A stretch of DNA of 56,246 bases from a virus (lineage: Duplodnaviria > Caudoviricetes): the IMG/VR virus record IMGVR_UViG_3300021335_000019, positions 1 through 56,246 of that record. The stretch is one strand, 5' to 3'. The translations under genes were made by a program, and so were the position numbers. Every line of letters starts with the position of its first letter. Position 1 is the first letter of the stretch. A model generated the notes under the pieces. That model ran no database searches. It saw only the letters and a program-made list of their open reading frames with translations, and was not told where the DNA came from. Below, in pieces: positions 17,124-26,298 of the stretch.

Positions 17124-18325
17124 CAATCCCGCCGAATGTTGACACGATCTTTCGCAACGCGATCGATCTGAACCAATACAGCAACAGCGTTGCCAGGCGC
17201 ATCATCAACATTTACAACGACATCATCATCGATGCGGTCAATCAACTGCAAACGATCAATGAAGCCAGAGCGCCAGTCAAAGCCGCGCGGTTGCGTGCGA
17301 TCTTGGCGCAACTAAAAGACAGCCTTGCGACATGGGCTGGCGATGCGACAGAGATCACCGCATTGGAGCTTCAAGGCTTAGCAGAGCTTCAGTCTGAGTT
17401 TGTGGAGGAACAGCTACGGCTGGCATTGCCAGCTGGTGCCAGGGATATGGTCCGCACCGTTGAGATCAGCCCACAGTTTGCGCAGTCGGTTGTGACCACT
17501 GACCCGACACAGATCAATGTGGTTGCATTGTCGGATGACCTGTTCGCTGCAGTTGAGGGCGCACCGCAAACATTCAGCTTGACTGCACCTAAAGGCGCGA
17601 TGATCACATTACCCAATGGCCGTGTTGTCGAGAAGTCATTTCGTGGCCTAGCGGAATCGCAAGCGGAGCGGTTCAGCAGCAGCGTCCGGCAAGCGTTGCT
17701 GACGGGTGAGACGACGCAGGAGCTATCACGCAAACTGCGTGGCACGTTGGAGTTCGGCGAAGAAGCGAAGACCATCAAGCAACTCGCATTATCCGGCGGC
17801 GAAGCAACCAAAATGGCCGGCCGTCAGGTAACTAGCATCGTCCGCACAAGCATCAATCAAGTGGCCAATGCTGCATCACAGCAGGTGTATGAAGCCAATC
17901 AAGACATCACCAAGAAGTATAGATACGTCGCAACACTTGACAGCCGCACGACTGCAATTTGCCGCGCTAATGATGGCCGTGAGTTTGAATATGGCAAAGG
18001 TCCAACACCACCGCTTCATTTTTCATGTCGTTCAACGACAGTCCCTGTCATTGATTACGAAGGGCTTGGATTTGATCCGCCGCGGCCTGGTAAACGCGCA
18101 GCTAAGGGCGGCATGGTTGATTCTGATACCAGTTACGGCCAGTGGTTGCTGCAGCAAGGTAAAGAACGACAGCAGGAAGTGCTGGGCAGCAAAGCACCAT
18201 ATTTCAGGATGCTGGCGCGCAAGCATGGCGCCCGTGATGCGATGGCGAAACTGGTCCGCGAGGATGGCCGGGAGCTAACATTGGATGAGCTGCGGAGTCG
18301 ATACGGTGCCATTGAAAAAAGGTAA
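17120..18325 (+). CDS. Minor head protein (SPP1 gp7/Mu gpF-like)
   Basis: IVRT, YVATLDSRTTAICR, PPLHFSCRST motifs. Confidence 0.88.
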   Translation: MTIPPNVDTIFRNAIDLNQYSNSVARRIINIYNDIIIDAVNQLQTINEARAPVKAARLRAILAQLKDSLATWAGDATEITALELQGLAELQSEFVEEQLRLALPAGARDMVRTVEISPQFAQSVVTTDPTQINVVALSDDLFAAVEGAPQTFSLTAPKGAMITLPNGRVVEKSFRGLAESQAERFSSSVRQALLTGETTQELSRKLRGTLEFGEEAKTIKQLALSGGEATKMAGRQVTSIVRTSINQVANAASQQVYEANQDITKKYRYVATLDSRTTAICRANDGREFEYGKGPTPPLHFSCRSTTVPVIDYEGLGFDPPRPGKRAAKGGMVDSDTSYGQWLLQQGKERQQEVLGSKAPYFRMLARKHGARDAMAKLVREDGRELTLDELRSRYGAIEKR

Positions 18326-18458
18326 GTCGCAGCTTACAATTTCTCAAAACATCCGCAAGTTAATCAAAGAAGGCTACAGCAGGCAACAAGCAGCTGCTAT
18401 TGCTTACTCCCAAGCCGGGATGACACGTAAGCGCAAACCCGCAAAACGCCGACGGTAG
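18306..18458 (+). CDS. Small basic protein (50 aa, MPLKKGKSQLTISQNI...QAAAIAYS)
   Basis: Manual translation from GTG 18306. Confidence 0.6.
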   Translation: MPLKKGKSQLTISQNIRKLIKEGYSRQQAAAIAYSQAGMTRKRKPAKRRR

Positions 18459-18482
18459 ACTGCTGATAGCTGCAACTCCGTC

Positions 18483-18554
18483 ATGCCTGGTTACAACAAA
18501 GGCCCGAAGAAGCCGCAGAAACCTATGGGTAAAAAGGGAGGCAAAAAGAAGTGA
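18483..18554 (+). CDS. Lys-rich micropeptide (23 aa, MPGYNKGPKKPQKPMGKKGGKKK)
   Basis: Manual translation; GTGA overlap with the next gene. Confidence 0.45.
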   Translation: MPGYNKGPKKPQKPMGKKGGKKK

Positions 18555-18778
18555 AACGCGGTGATCGGGTGAGCTGGACCTATCAAGGCAAACGCACTTA
18601 TGGTGTCATCACAAGTATTGGCGGCAAGCGTGCCACGATCAATACTCCAAATGGCGGCACCGTGACCCGCGTCGGCAGCGATGATGACCCGATCGTGCGG
18701 ATCAAATCTGAATCCACCGGCAATGCCGTGCTTAAAACCAGATCGCAGCTGCGGCCAGCGCCGAGGCGAGGACGATGA
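18551..18778 (+). CDS. Small Tudor/SH3-like basic protein
   Basis: MKRGDRVSW...G.I..I...TRVGSDDDP pattern. Confidence 0.65.
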   Translation: MKRGDRVSWTYQGKRTYGVITSIGGKRATINTPNGGTVTRVGSDDDPIVRIKSESTGNAVLKTRSQLRPAPRRGR

Positions 18779-19047
18779 TCAACTATCGCGGTGAAAGGTT
18801 CGCTGGCTACAACAAGCCCAAGCGGACGCCAAAGCATCCGACCAAATCCCATGCGGTGCTTGCCAAAGAAGGCGACACGGTAAAGCTGATCCGGTTCGGG
18901 CAGCAAGGCGTCAGCGGCAGCCCACCACGCAAAGATGAATCCAAAGCCGATGCAGCCAGGCGGCGTGCATTCAAAGTGCGCCATGCGGCAAACATCCGCA
19001 AAGGGAAGATGTCAGCAGCGTATTGGGCGGATCGCGCAAAATGGTGA
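18775..19047 (+). CDS. Basic hypothetical protein (KLIRFGQQG...RRRAFKVRH...SAAYWA)
   Basis: Coupled ORF in the head region. Confidence 0.7.
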   Translation: MINYRGERFAGYNKPKRTPKHPTKSHAVLAKEGDTVKLIRFGQQGVSGSPPRKDESKADAARRRAFKVRHAANIRKGKMSAAYWADRAKW

Positions 19048-19091
19048 CCATTATTGTTAGCATAGATTGCACTTAACCCTGCGGGTTATTT

Positions 19092-19829
19092 ATGTCCGAA
19101 GAAAAAACACAGCCCACTACAGAGCAGCCTGCGGCTCCTGTAGCAACACCACCCACACCGCCAGCAGCAGCGCCGTCAGCTGACATCGACGCATTGCAAC
19201 GCAGCATCCAGAATCTGGAGCGCAAAAACCAGGAGCTTGCAGACGAAAAGCGTAAACTCCGCAAATACGAGAAGATGGCGGAGACATTGCCCGATGGAGT
19301 GGACATCAAAGAACTCCTTGATTTTAAGCGCAGCCATGAGCAACAGCAGCTTGAATCGCAGGGAAAATATGAGGAAGCACGACAGGCTTTGGAGCAGCAG
19401 TTCCGTGAGGCGACGGCGCAAAAGGACCAGCGCATCGCAGAACTCGAAGCCAAGGTCCGCGAGCTAGAGCTGCTGACGCCTGCTGTATCGGCATTGGCCG
19501 ACATCGTGCATGACCCTGACATGGTGCTCAAGACCAAACTCGACAGCAACCAGATCGAACGCGAGGCCGATGGCACCGTCGTCGTCGTGAACGGCTACCA
19601 GCGCACACCCGTCACCGAATGGGCAAAGGCCACGCTGCCGGCATGGATGCAGAAAGCACCTAAGCCGCAGGGCAGTGGTGCACCGATCAACAGCAAACCA
19701 TCAGGAGAGATCCCGCCTGGTATCAAAAACCCATTCGCCAAGGAAACCTTCAACCTGACCGAGCAATCACGATTGTTCCGCACGGATCGTGATCTGTATG
19801 ACAGGTTGAAAGCAGCTGTTAAGATCTAA
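19092..19829 (+). CDS. Capsid scaffolding protein
   Basis: Coiled-coil rich, PQGSGA and KNPF near the C-terminus, directly before the MCP. Confidence 0.8.
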   Translation: MSEEKTQPTTEQPAAPVATPPTPPAAAPSADIDALQRSIQNLERKNQELADEKRKLRKYEKMAETLPDGVDIKELLDFKRSHEQQQLESQGKYEEARQALEQQFREATAQKDQRIAELEAKVRELELLTPAVSALADIVHDPDMVLKTKLDSNQIEREADGTVVVVNGYQRTPVTEWAKATLPAWMQKAPKPQGSGAPINSKPSGEIPPGIKNPFAKETFNLTEQSRLFRTDRDLYDRLKAAVKI

Positions 19830-19893
19830 TCAACCGGCTGCGCTGGGGATATGGGCTGCGCCCGCTTTGTAAACCCTTTTGAGGATTTTAGTC

Positions 19894-20907
19894 ATGGCGA
19901 CTCTTCGCTCTGACATTATCGTTCCAGAGCTTTTTACCCCATACGTCATCGAGCAAACCACTCAACGTGATGCCTTCCTGGCTAGCGGTGTGGTGCAACC
20001 GATGACTGAACTCAACGCCACCGAAGGCGGTGACACCATCCAAGTGCCTTTCTGGAAAGCAAACCTTTCCGGTGATTTTGAGGTGCTGTCTGACAGCTCC
20101 AGCCTGACGCCTGGCAAGATTGAAGCCGACAAGCAAGTGGGCGTAATTTTGCATCGAGGGAGAGCCTTCGAGGCAAGAGATTTGGCCGCACTTGCTGCTG
20201 GTTCCGATCCCATGGCCGCTATCGGCGCCAAAGTTGCTGAGTACGTCGCCAACCAACGCCAGAAAGATCTGATCGCTTGCGTTGATGGGTGCTTCGGCGC
20301 TCTGACCGGTGGCGACAGCCCTGCGTTCAACGCATTGCGTTTCGACACCTCCGGCGCTACAACCCTTGGCCCCCGTCAAGTCGCTAAGGCCCGTAGCCTG
20401 CTGGGTGATCAAGGCGAAAAGCTGGCTGCTGTTGCGATGCATAGCGCTGTGTTCTACGACCTCGTTGAACGAAAGGCCATTGATTATGTGACCGCTGCTG
20501 AGGCACGCGTCACCGCTGATTCCGCCATGCCCGACGCCTTCGGTGGTTCCACCGCAATGGCATATGAAGGCAACATGCAGGTTCCCGTTTACATGGGTAT
20601 GCGTGTGATCGTGTCCGACGATCTGACACCTACCAGCACTGATTATCCGGTGTACTTCTTCACCCAGGGCGCTATTGCCTCGGGTGAGCAGCTGGCGATG
20701 CAAACCGAAACCGATCGTGACATCCTCGCTAAGAGCGATGCCATGTCGATCGACCTGCATTACGTCTATCACCCGGTCGGCGCACGCTGGACTAGCGCTA
20801 CCATCAACCCAGATCGTTCTGAGCTGGCCACTGTTGGTAACTGGTCGAAGGTGTACGAAACCAAGAACATTGGTATCGTGCGTGGCACTGTTACTTCCAA
20901 CTTCTGA
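19894..20907 (+). CDS. Major capsid protein
   Basis: MATLRSDIIVPELFTPY start after GAGGA; 337 aa; follows the scaffold. Confidence 0.88.
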   Translation: MATLRSDIIVPELFTPYVIEQTTQRDAFLASGVVQPMTELNATEGGDTIQVPFWKANLSGDFEVLSDSSSLTPGKIEADKQVGVILHRGRAFEARDLAALAAGSDPMAAIGAKVAEYVANQRQKDLIACVDGCFGALTGGDSPAFNALRFDTSGATTLGPRQVAKARSLLGDQGEKLAAVAMHSAVFYDLVERKAIDYVTAAEARVTADSAMPDAFGGSTAMAYEGNMQVPVYMGMRVIVSDDLTPTSTDYPVYFFTQGAIASGEQLAMQTETDRDILAKSDAMSIDLHYVYHPVGARWTSATINPDRSELATVGNWSKVYETKNIGIVRGTVTSNF

Positions 20908-20918
20908 GGTAACTAACA

Positions 20919-21332
20919 ATGGCATCTATCTTTGAACTGGAGCAACCGGTCTTTGACCGCATGAACGCCAGCATTGAGCTGGTTGCTGCCTCCGATGAGG
21001 CCACCGCCCTGACCGCCGCCCAGTCGGTCAACAGCCTGGTGGTGATGACTCCTACCGCTGGTCGCAACGTGACCACTGCCACGGCAGCTGCGATCGTTGC
21101 TGAACTTGGTTCCGGTGTGCGTGTTGGCACTACGTTCCGCATCATCCTGCGGAACCAAGCTGCTGCTACTCATGCTATGACCCTTGTCGGCGGCACTGGC
21201 GTGACGCTTGATGCAGACAACACCAACACTGCTGCTGCTGCATCTACGCGTGAGTTCATCGGTCGCGTTACCGCCATCGCAAGCGGTTCCGAGACTGTTA
21301 CCGTGTACTCCATGCCCAGCGGCACCCACTAA
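20919..21332 (+). CDS. Putative capsid decoration protein
   Basis: Ala/Thr/Val-rich 137 aa directly after the MCP. Confidence 0.55.
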   Translation: MASIFELEQPVFDRMNASIELVAASDEATALTAAQSVNSLVVMTPTAGRNVTTATAAAIVAELGSGVRVGTTFRIILRNQAAATHAMTLVGGTGVTLDADNTNTAAAASTREFIGRVTAIASGSETVTVYSMPSGTH

Positions 21333-21508
21333 TGGGAATGTTTGGATTCCGGCGACTGCGGGAACGTGAGGCTGCTGCTAAGGCGGCAGCCTCTTTTTCC
21401 ACTCAGGCAGAGCCAACTACACTGAATCAACCGGAGATCACTGATGGCGATCGTCCTAGTAGCAACACCAAACGCAGCCGACGCAAACAGTTACCTGACG
21501 CTGAGTGA
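21332..21508 (+). CDS. Small hypothetical protein (58 aa, MGMFGFRRLRERE...)
   Basis: TAATG coupling; manual translation. Confidence 0.45.
   Translation: MGMFGFRRLREREAAAKAAASFSTQAEPTTLNQPEITDGDRPSSNTKRSRRKQLPDAE
21368..21398 (+). terminator. Intrinsic terminator after the capsid genes
   Basis: GAGGCTGCTGC-TAAG-GCGGCAGCCTC-TTTTT. Confidence 0.7.
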
Positions 21509-22004
21509 CGCGCAAGACATCATTGATGGCTTGGTGGAAAACGATGATGTCGTGGCGTGGGGCACTGCTACGACAGATCAAAAGAATCGTGCGCTTTACA
21601 CCGCAACGCAACGGTTGGATCGTGAGCGGTATCTAGGTGCAAGGGCTACTGATACCCAAGCCTTACAGTGGCCGCGCACTGGTGTACGGAAACCTGATAC
21701 ATACATCAACACTTATGCGGTTGGGTTTCCGTTCCGCATTACCACTGACTATTTCACCGACACCGAGATCCCGCAACAGATCAAGGAAGCTCAAGCCACG
21801 CTTGCGGTTTACCTGAACAACAACAAAGATGGCATCGGGCTGTCAGGATTGGAGGATTACAAAAACGTCAAGATCGGCAGCATTGACGTGACACCGAACC
21901 AATACGGCGCTACTGGCGCTGATCGTATTCCGCCAATGGTCGAGCGTTACCTGACAGGGCTTAGAATAAGTGGGCCAGGAAACATCGCTATTAAGCGCTC
22001 ATGA
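21444..22004 (+). CDS. Head-tail adaptor (DnaT-like family)
   Basis: ANSYLT...ALYTAT...QALQWPR...IPQQIKEAQ motifs; position after the MCP. Confidence 0.75.
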   Translation: MAIVLVATPNAADANSYLTLSDAQDIIDGLVENDDVVAWGTATTDQKNRALYTATQRLDRERYLGARATDTQALQWPRTGVRKPDTYINTYAVGFPFRITTDYFTDTEIPQQIKEAQATLAVYLNNNKDGIGLSGLEDYKNVKIGSIDVTPNQYGATGADRIPPMVERYLTGLRISGPGNIAIKRS

Positions 22005-22207
22005 CTCTGTATTCTGTCGGCGGCGGTGACGCTGTTCCAAGAGAAGGGCTTGAGATCCCGACGCATGATTTTGTCCAAAACACGTACACTGGCGGCAACT
22101 TAACGCAAACGATGTTTAAGCGCGGCGGCGCTAGCGGAAAGGTTGTTGCTACTTTGACGATGACTTACGACGGCAGCAACAACCTGTTGACCGTCGCTAG
22201 GAGCTGA
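22001..22207 (+). CDS. Small virion-associated hypothetical protein
   Basis: ATGA overlap; beta-rich sequence. Confidence 0.6.
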   Translation: MTLYSVGGGDAVPREGLEIPTHDFVQNTYTGGNLTQTMFKRGGASGKVVATLTMTYDGSNNLLTVARS

Positions 22208-22209
22208 TC

Positions 22210-23859
22210 ATGTCTTATCAATACAACCCACTTCTTTCTGCAGGTCTTGACAAGGTAGGTGATAGCGCCGGCTCGCCTGTGTCTCTGCCTGAGATTTATC
22301 TATTCGGCGCTGGTCAGTCAAATCTGGTTGGTTTTCATAGCAACGATTATTCCGCCACGCTGATCAACGGGGAGAACCCCAGCGATTTGGTCGAGATTTG
22401 GAATCGATACAACACAGCATGGGAGGTGTGGGATCTTAATTCTTCAGTAGCCCAATACGGCGATGCGTTAGCGACCGATCCTGCCACACAGTTGCCAGGC
22501 GTGCCGGGGCGCAATTGTCCGATGTTTCATTTAGCGCAAAAAGTCGCGTTTGAGACTGGCCGAAAAGTTCGCGTTTTAATGTCCGAAAGAGGCGGGACAG
22601 ACATCGATAAATGGCTGACAACCGCAAACGGAGGCACCAATGCGATATGGAGTAAATTCACCGCTGACGTTACGAATAGCCAGATTCCGAGGTTTGATGG
22701 CTGCGTCTGGATGCACGGCGAGAACCATGAGAATGACGTCAAAACTGGAACTTACACTCCCTACTCCCCAGGGGCTGTCACATACCTAGACGACGTTCGT
22801 GCTTATTGGACACAGGTTCTAAACCACACCAATACAGCTGGTGATCCTCTGATGGATCAAACGACGCCTGTAGCGGTTGGCATGATTCGGGACTTTTGGC
22901 AGACATCAGGCGTGCGCCAAGGGGGGCCAACTGGTGTTAACGGGCTCTACGCAACGCTGATAGATCCGGTTCGGGCTCAAATGGCGCAAGATCCTATCAA
23001 ATTCATTGTTGCTCCTCATAAGGATCTTGAAAGCGATGAAAACATAGGCCCTGCAGTGAGCCCCGATGGTGGCAACCATTATGGGCGCAGGCAGCTTGTA
23101 GAGATGGGCCAGCGTTATTGGTACTCGGCGATCTTTCAACCTGGCAACCCAATCTTCAGAAAACGGATCATCAACGAAAACACAACCTTTACGATCAGCA
23201 CAACAGGTTATTACACTGACAGGATCAACGGAAAGTTTGACTCTTGGGACAACTTTTTGGCCTTTTACAAAGAAGTGGAGCTTGTTGATAACCCTGTAAT
23301 TACAGTCGAAGTTGAAGATGGCACATACGATCAAGATATATTGATCCCTAATCATCGAAACTTTGATGAGAATTTTACGCTCAAAGGCGTTAATCGGGGG
23401 TCTACGCCTTCATTTAATGGTGTGTTCGCTGATGACTTGGCCGCGCTTGAAGCGTATCTTCCCACTAAATTTACAGGCTCCTTTACACTCGATAGAAACG
23501 TAAATGTTCAAAACATATTATTTCACGGCTCAGGCACTGATACGGGAATTTTTGTCAACGAATACTGTAACAAGCTTCGATACATTGGAGTAATCAATTA
23601 CAACATAGGAGTTATCGATACGGCTGCTTACTTTAAGCCAGTATCGAATTTTTACAGTATGCACAACGCTTCATACGGCATCAGAGTAAATACTGGCGAC
23701 ACTATTCTCAACAATGGGACCGTATCTTTCTTGTATAACGGGACCAATGATTATTACGCTTCATTGCTGGGGCGTATTTTCGCAGGAAACAAAGCAGGCG
23801 CGATCTTTAATCCTACTAGAGGCTCTGGCCCAAGCAGCACTGGTGCTGCCATTTATTAA
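22210..23859 (+). CDS. SGNH-family (sialate O-acetylesterase-like) esterase with a beta-rich C-terminal domain
   Basis: AGQSN block I, WMHGE block III, DGGNH block V. Confidence 0.7.
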   Translation: MSYQYNPLLSAGLDKVGDSAGSPVSLPEIYLFGAGQSNLVGFHSNDYSATLINGENPSDLVEIWNRYNTAWEVWDLNSSVAQYGDALATDPATQLPGVPGRNCPMFHLAQKVAFETGRKVRVLMSERGGTDIDKWLTTANGGTNAIWSKFTADVTNSQIPRFDGCVWMHGENHENDVKTGTYTPYSPGAVTYLDDVRAYWTQVLNHTNTAGDPLMDQTTPVAVGMIRDFWQTSGVRQGGPTGVNGLYATLIDPVRAQMAQDPIKFIVAPHKDLESDENIGPAVSPDGGNHYGRRQLVEMGQRYWYSAIFQPGNPIFRKRIINENTTFTISTTGYYTDRINGKFDSWDNFLAFYKEVELVDNPVITVEVEDGTYDQDILIPNHRNFDENFTLKGVNRGSTPSFNGVFADDLAALEAYLPTKFTGSFTLDRNVNVQNILFHGSGTDTGIFVNEYCNKLRYIGVINYNIGVIDTAAYFKPVSNFYSMHNASYGIRVNTGDTILNNGTVSFLYNGTNDYYASLLGRIFAGNKAGAIFNPTRGSGPSSTGAAIY

Positions 23860-23870
23860 GTAATTGCATT

Positions 23871-24164
23871 ATGATACTCAGCAAATCGCTTCAAAAGGTA
23901 GCTGAAAAGGTCGTTAATAAGTTTGGCGGTGATGCGATTATTCGCACGGTGACGAGTGGTGCCTATGACCCTGTGACTGCTACGGCAAGCGAAAGCGTCA
24001 ATGATGTAGAACTGAAGGGTGTAGTTGAGGATGTTAATGCACGGGAGGTGAATGACCTTGTGCAAGCTGGTGATCGTAGGTTGCTGATTGCGGCGGAGGA
24101 CTCACCGCCAACCTCCCCACTGGGCATCCATACAAAAACGTGGCGCCGTAAACTGATTCCATGA
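23871..24164 (+). pseudogene. C-terminally truncated paralogue of the head-closure gene 25020-25376
   Basis: Aligns through KGVVEDVNAREVNDLVQAGDRRLLIAA, then diverges and stops. Confidence 0.7.
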
Positions 24165-24502
24165 GCATCCAACCTGGCCAGCACAACATCTCCGTGCAGC
24201 GTAGGGCTGACTATGACCTGTCGCTGCAGTTCAAGGACAGCGCTGGTGCCAACATAAACCTAACCGGCTGGACTGCTTACGCGCAGGTGTGGGATCGCGG
24301 CCGCAGCACAAAATACGCTGACTTTGCGGTTACTTACACTGACCGCACTACTGGCCAAATCAGTATTGCGCTGACCGACACGCAAACCGCAACATTCCCG
24401 AATGAAGCGTTTTATGACGTACTGTTAGAAGATTCAAGCGGTTTGCGTAACTACTACCTTGAAGGCATCGTCTACGTGTCTGAGGGGTACACAGCGCCAT
24501 GA
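24161..24502 (+). CDS. Virion structural protein (Ig-like, BppU N-terminal-like)
   Basis: INLTGWTAYAQV...TGQISIALT...FYDVLL...YLEG pattern. Confidence 0.6.
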   Translation: MSIQPGQHNISVQRRADYDLSLQFKDSAGANINLTGWTAYAQVWDRGRSTKYADFAVTYTDRTTGQISIALTDTQTATFPNEAFYDVLLEDSSGLRNYYLEGIVYVSEGYTAP

Positions 24503-25023
24503 CAACCGTTATTGTCAACGAAACTACTAACACCGTTGTCGTCACGACACCTGGCCCGGCTGGGCCATCAGGCGCTGCTGCCATCATGGTTCGCGGCCAG
24601 TGCTCGAAAATGACAGACGGCACAATCGACATCACTGCTGAGGGCGCTTACATCACCACCGGCCTGACGGCAACGCTAGACACTGACACTGCCTATGGCA
24701 TGGTGCTTGGCACTGATGACACCTTCGGGCTCCGCAATACAAGCGGCGGCACGAAGTTGTTCAGGATCTACGGCAGTATCGATGCGACCGATGGGAACAA
24801 CTCAACCCTGGGCGTGAAGCTGGCCAAGAATGGCGTGGCGATTGACAACAGCGAGTGCCGAGCCTTTACCGGCAGCGGTGCGCAAGAGGCCAAGCTGGTG
24901 ACCAGCTGGATGGTCGAGCTGGATGATGGCGATGAGATCTCGTTGATGATCGCCAACCACAGCAACAGCACGGACATTATTCTGAAGCGTGGAAGGATCG
25001 TTGCTAGTGAGGTATTTGCATGA
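24499..25023 (+). CDS. Virion structural hypothetical protein
   Basis: Short PGPAGPSG collagen-like linker followed by a beta-rich domain. Confidence 0.6.
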   Translation: MTTVIVNETTNTVVVTTPGPAGPSGAAAIMVRGQCSKMTDGTIDITAEGAYITTGLTATLDTDTAYGMVLGTDDTFGLRNTSGGTKLFRIYGSIDATDGNNSTLGVKLAKNGVAIDNSECRAFTGSGAQEAKLVTSWMVELDDGDEISLMIANHSNSTDIILKRGRIVASEVFA

Positions 25024-25376
25024 CACTCGCCATACCACTACGTAAGGTTGCTACCAAGCTGATGAGCAAGTTTGGCGGCGATGTCACGTTGCGTACGGTA
25101 ACGCATGGTGTTTACAACCCAACAACCGGCACGGCATCAGAGGTTACGTCTGATGTAACGATCAAAGGCGTGCTGGAGGATGTCAATGCTCGTGAGGTTA
25201 ATGATCTGATCCAAGCCGGTGACCGCAGGCTGACGATCGCAGCGGCTGATGTCAACGCAGCACCAACTACCGCTGATCGCATCATCATCAGCGGCGTCAC
25301 CTATCAAGTGGTCCGTATCGCCACGATTGAGCAGGACAACCAACCAATCACCTACGAACTGATCATGAGGGCATAG
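25020..25376 (+). CDS. Head closure/head-tail joining protein
   Basis: Size and position before the gp10-like and terminator genes. Confidence 0.7.
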   Translation: MTLAIPLRKVATKLMSKFGGDVTLRTVTHGVYNPTTGTASEVTSDVTIKGVLEDVNAREVNDLIQAGDRRLTIAAADVNAAPTTADRIIISGVTYQVVRIATIEQDNQPITYELIMRA

Positions 25377-25378
25377 CA

Positions 25379-25852
25379 ATGGCGCGCAACATCCCGCTAT
25401 CGCAGATCGGGAACTACATCGAAGGGCAGTTCGAAAAGCTACTGCGAGCGTCAGTGCTGGAAACTGACGCAAGAGTAAAAGCTGCCAGCCCGGTTGATAC
25501 CGGCAGGCTGCGCGCCAGTTGGCAGATCGGTGAAAACTCGGCGCCTGGCGGAGAGGCTCCGGCAAGTGACAGCTACCCAAAGGAAAAGAAAGACAAGCGC
25601 ACTGTTCATTCAATTTTGCCACCGCAACGCATCAACTACTCGCGGGAAAAGGTCGGTAACGTCTACAGCATTCACAACAACCTGCCAGCCGTCGAGCCGG
25701 TGCTGACCGGCAACAGCCTGCCGCCATCGTGGAATGGCAGATGGCGATCTAAGGGTAACCAGATTCAAAAGGGTTACATCCCTAACATGGTCGAGAAGGA
25801 CATGCAGGACTTCATCAAGAAAGCCGCTGACAAGATCGCAAGGGAATCATGA
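25379..25852 (+). CDS. HK97 gp10-like tail completion protein
   Basis: SPVDTGRLRASW and IHNNLP motifs. Confidence 0.8.
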   Translation: MARNIPLSQIGNYIEGQFEKLLRASVLETDARVKAASPVDTGRLRASWQIGENSAPGGEAPASDSYPKEKKDKRTVHSILPPQRINYSREKVGNVYSIHNNLPAVEPVLTGNSLPPSWNGRWRSKGNQIQKGYIPNMVEKDMQDFIKKAADKIARES

Positions 25853-26271
25853 GCAGCACCTACAACGACGTCCGCGCTGCTATCGAAGGCCGCATTGCTG
25901 CTGAGATGGCATCAGCGCCGTCCTATTTCGTTGCCTACCCAAACGTCCCGTTTACTCCGCCAAACAACCTGCCGTGGCTGCAGGTGTCGCTTACGTTTGG
26001 CGACAACAGCTACGCCACGCTGATTGGCCCTAGCACTGGATTCAACAAGCAAAACGGATTGCTGACGGTCAATACATTCACGCCTGTTGGTGTTGGTGCA
26101 GCGGCAAACTACACCATCGCCGAACGCATCAAGGATCTGTTTGATCGTCAAACTGTATCCAGCATCATCTTCGATGCTGCATCAGGCCCAAGTGTCATCA
26201 CACCATCAGAGCCAGAAGCGGCTTACTTGCAGACGCAACTGAGCATAACCTTTGAAGCGTATTTAGACTAG
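25849..26271 (+). CDS. Tail terminator protein
   Basis: YPNVPFTPP, GLLTVNTFTPVGVG; position before the tail tube. Confidence 0.75.
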   Translation: MSSTYNDVRAAIEGRIAAEMASAPSYFVAYPNVPFTPPNNLPWLQVSLTFGDNSYATLIGPSTGFNKQNGLLTVNTFTPVGVGAAANYTIAERIKDLFDRQTVSSIIFDAASGPSVITPSEPEAAYLQTQLSITFEAYLD

Positions 26272-26298
26272 AGCTAGCCATTCCTTTGCTCTAATCCC

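Noticed and set aside
19888-20925. 345-aa antisense ORF over the major capsid gene, and similar antisense ORFs at 7098-7976, 51713-52288 and 54172-55095
   Set aside because: Shadow frames of well-supported genes in GC-rich, codon-biased DNA, with no recognisable motifs.
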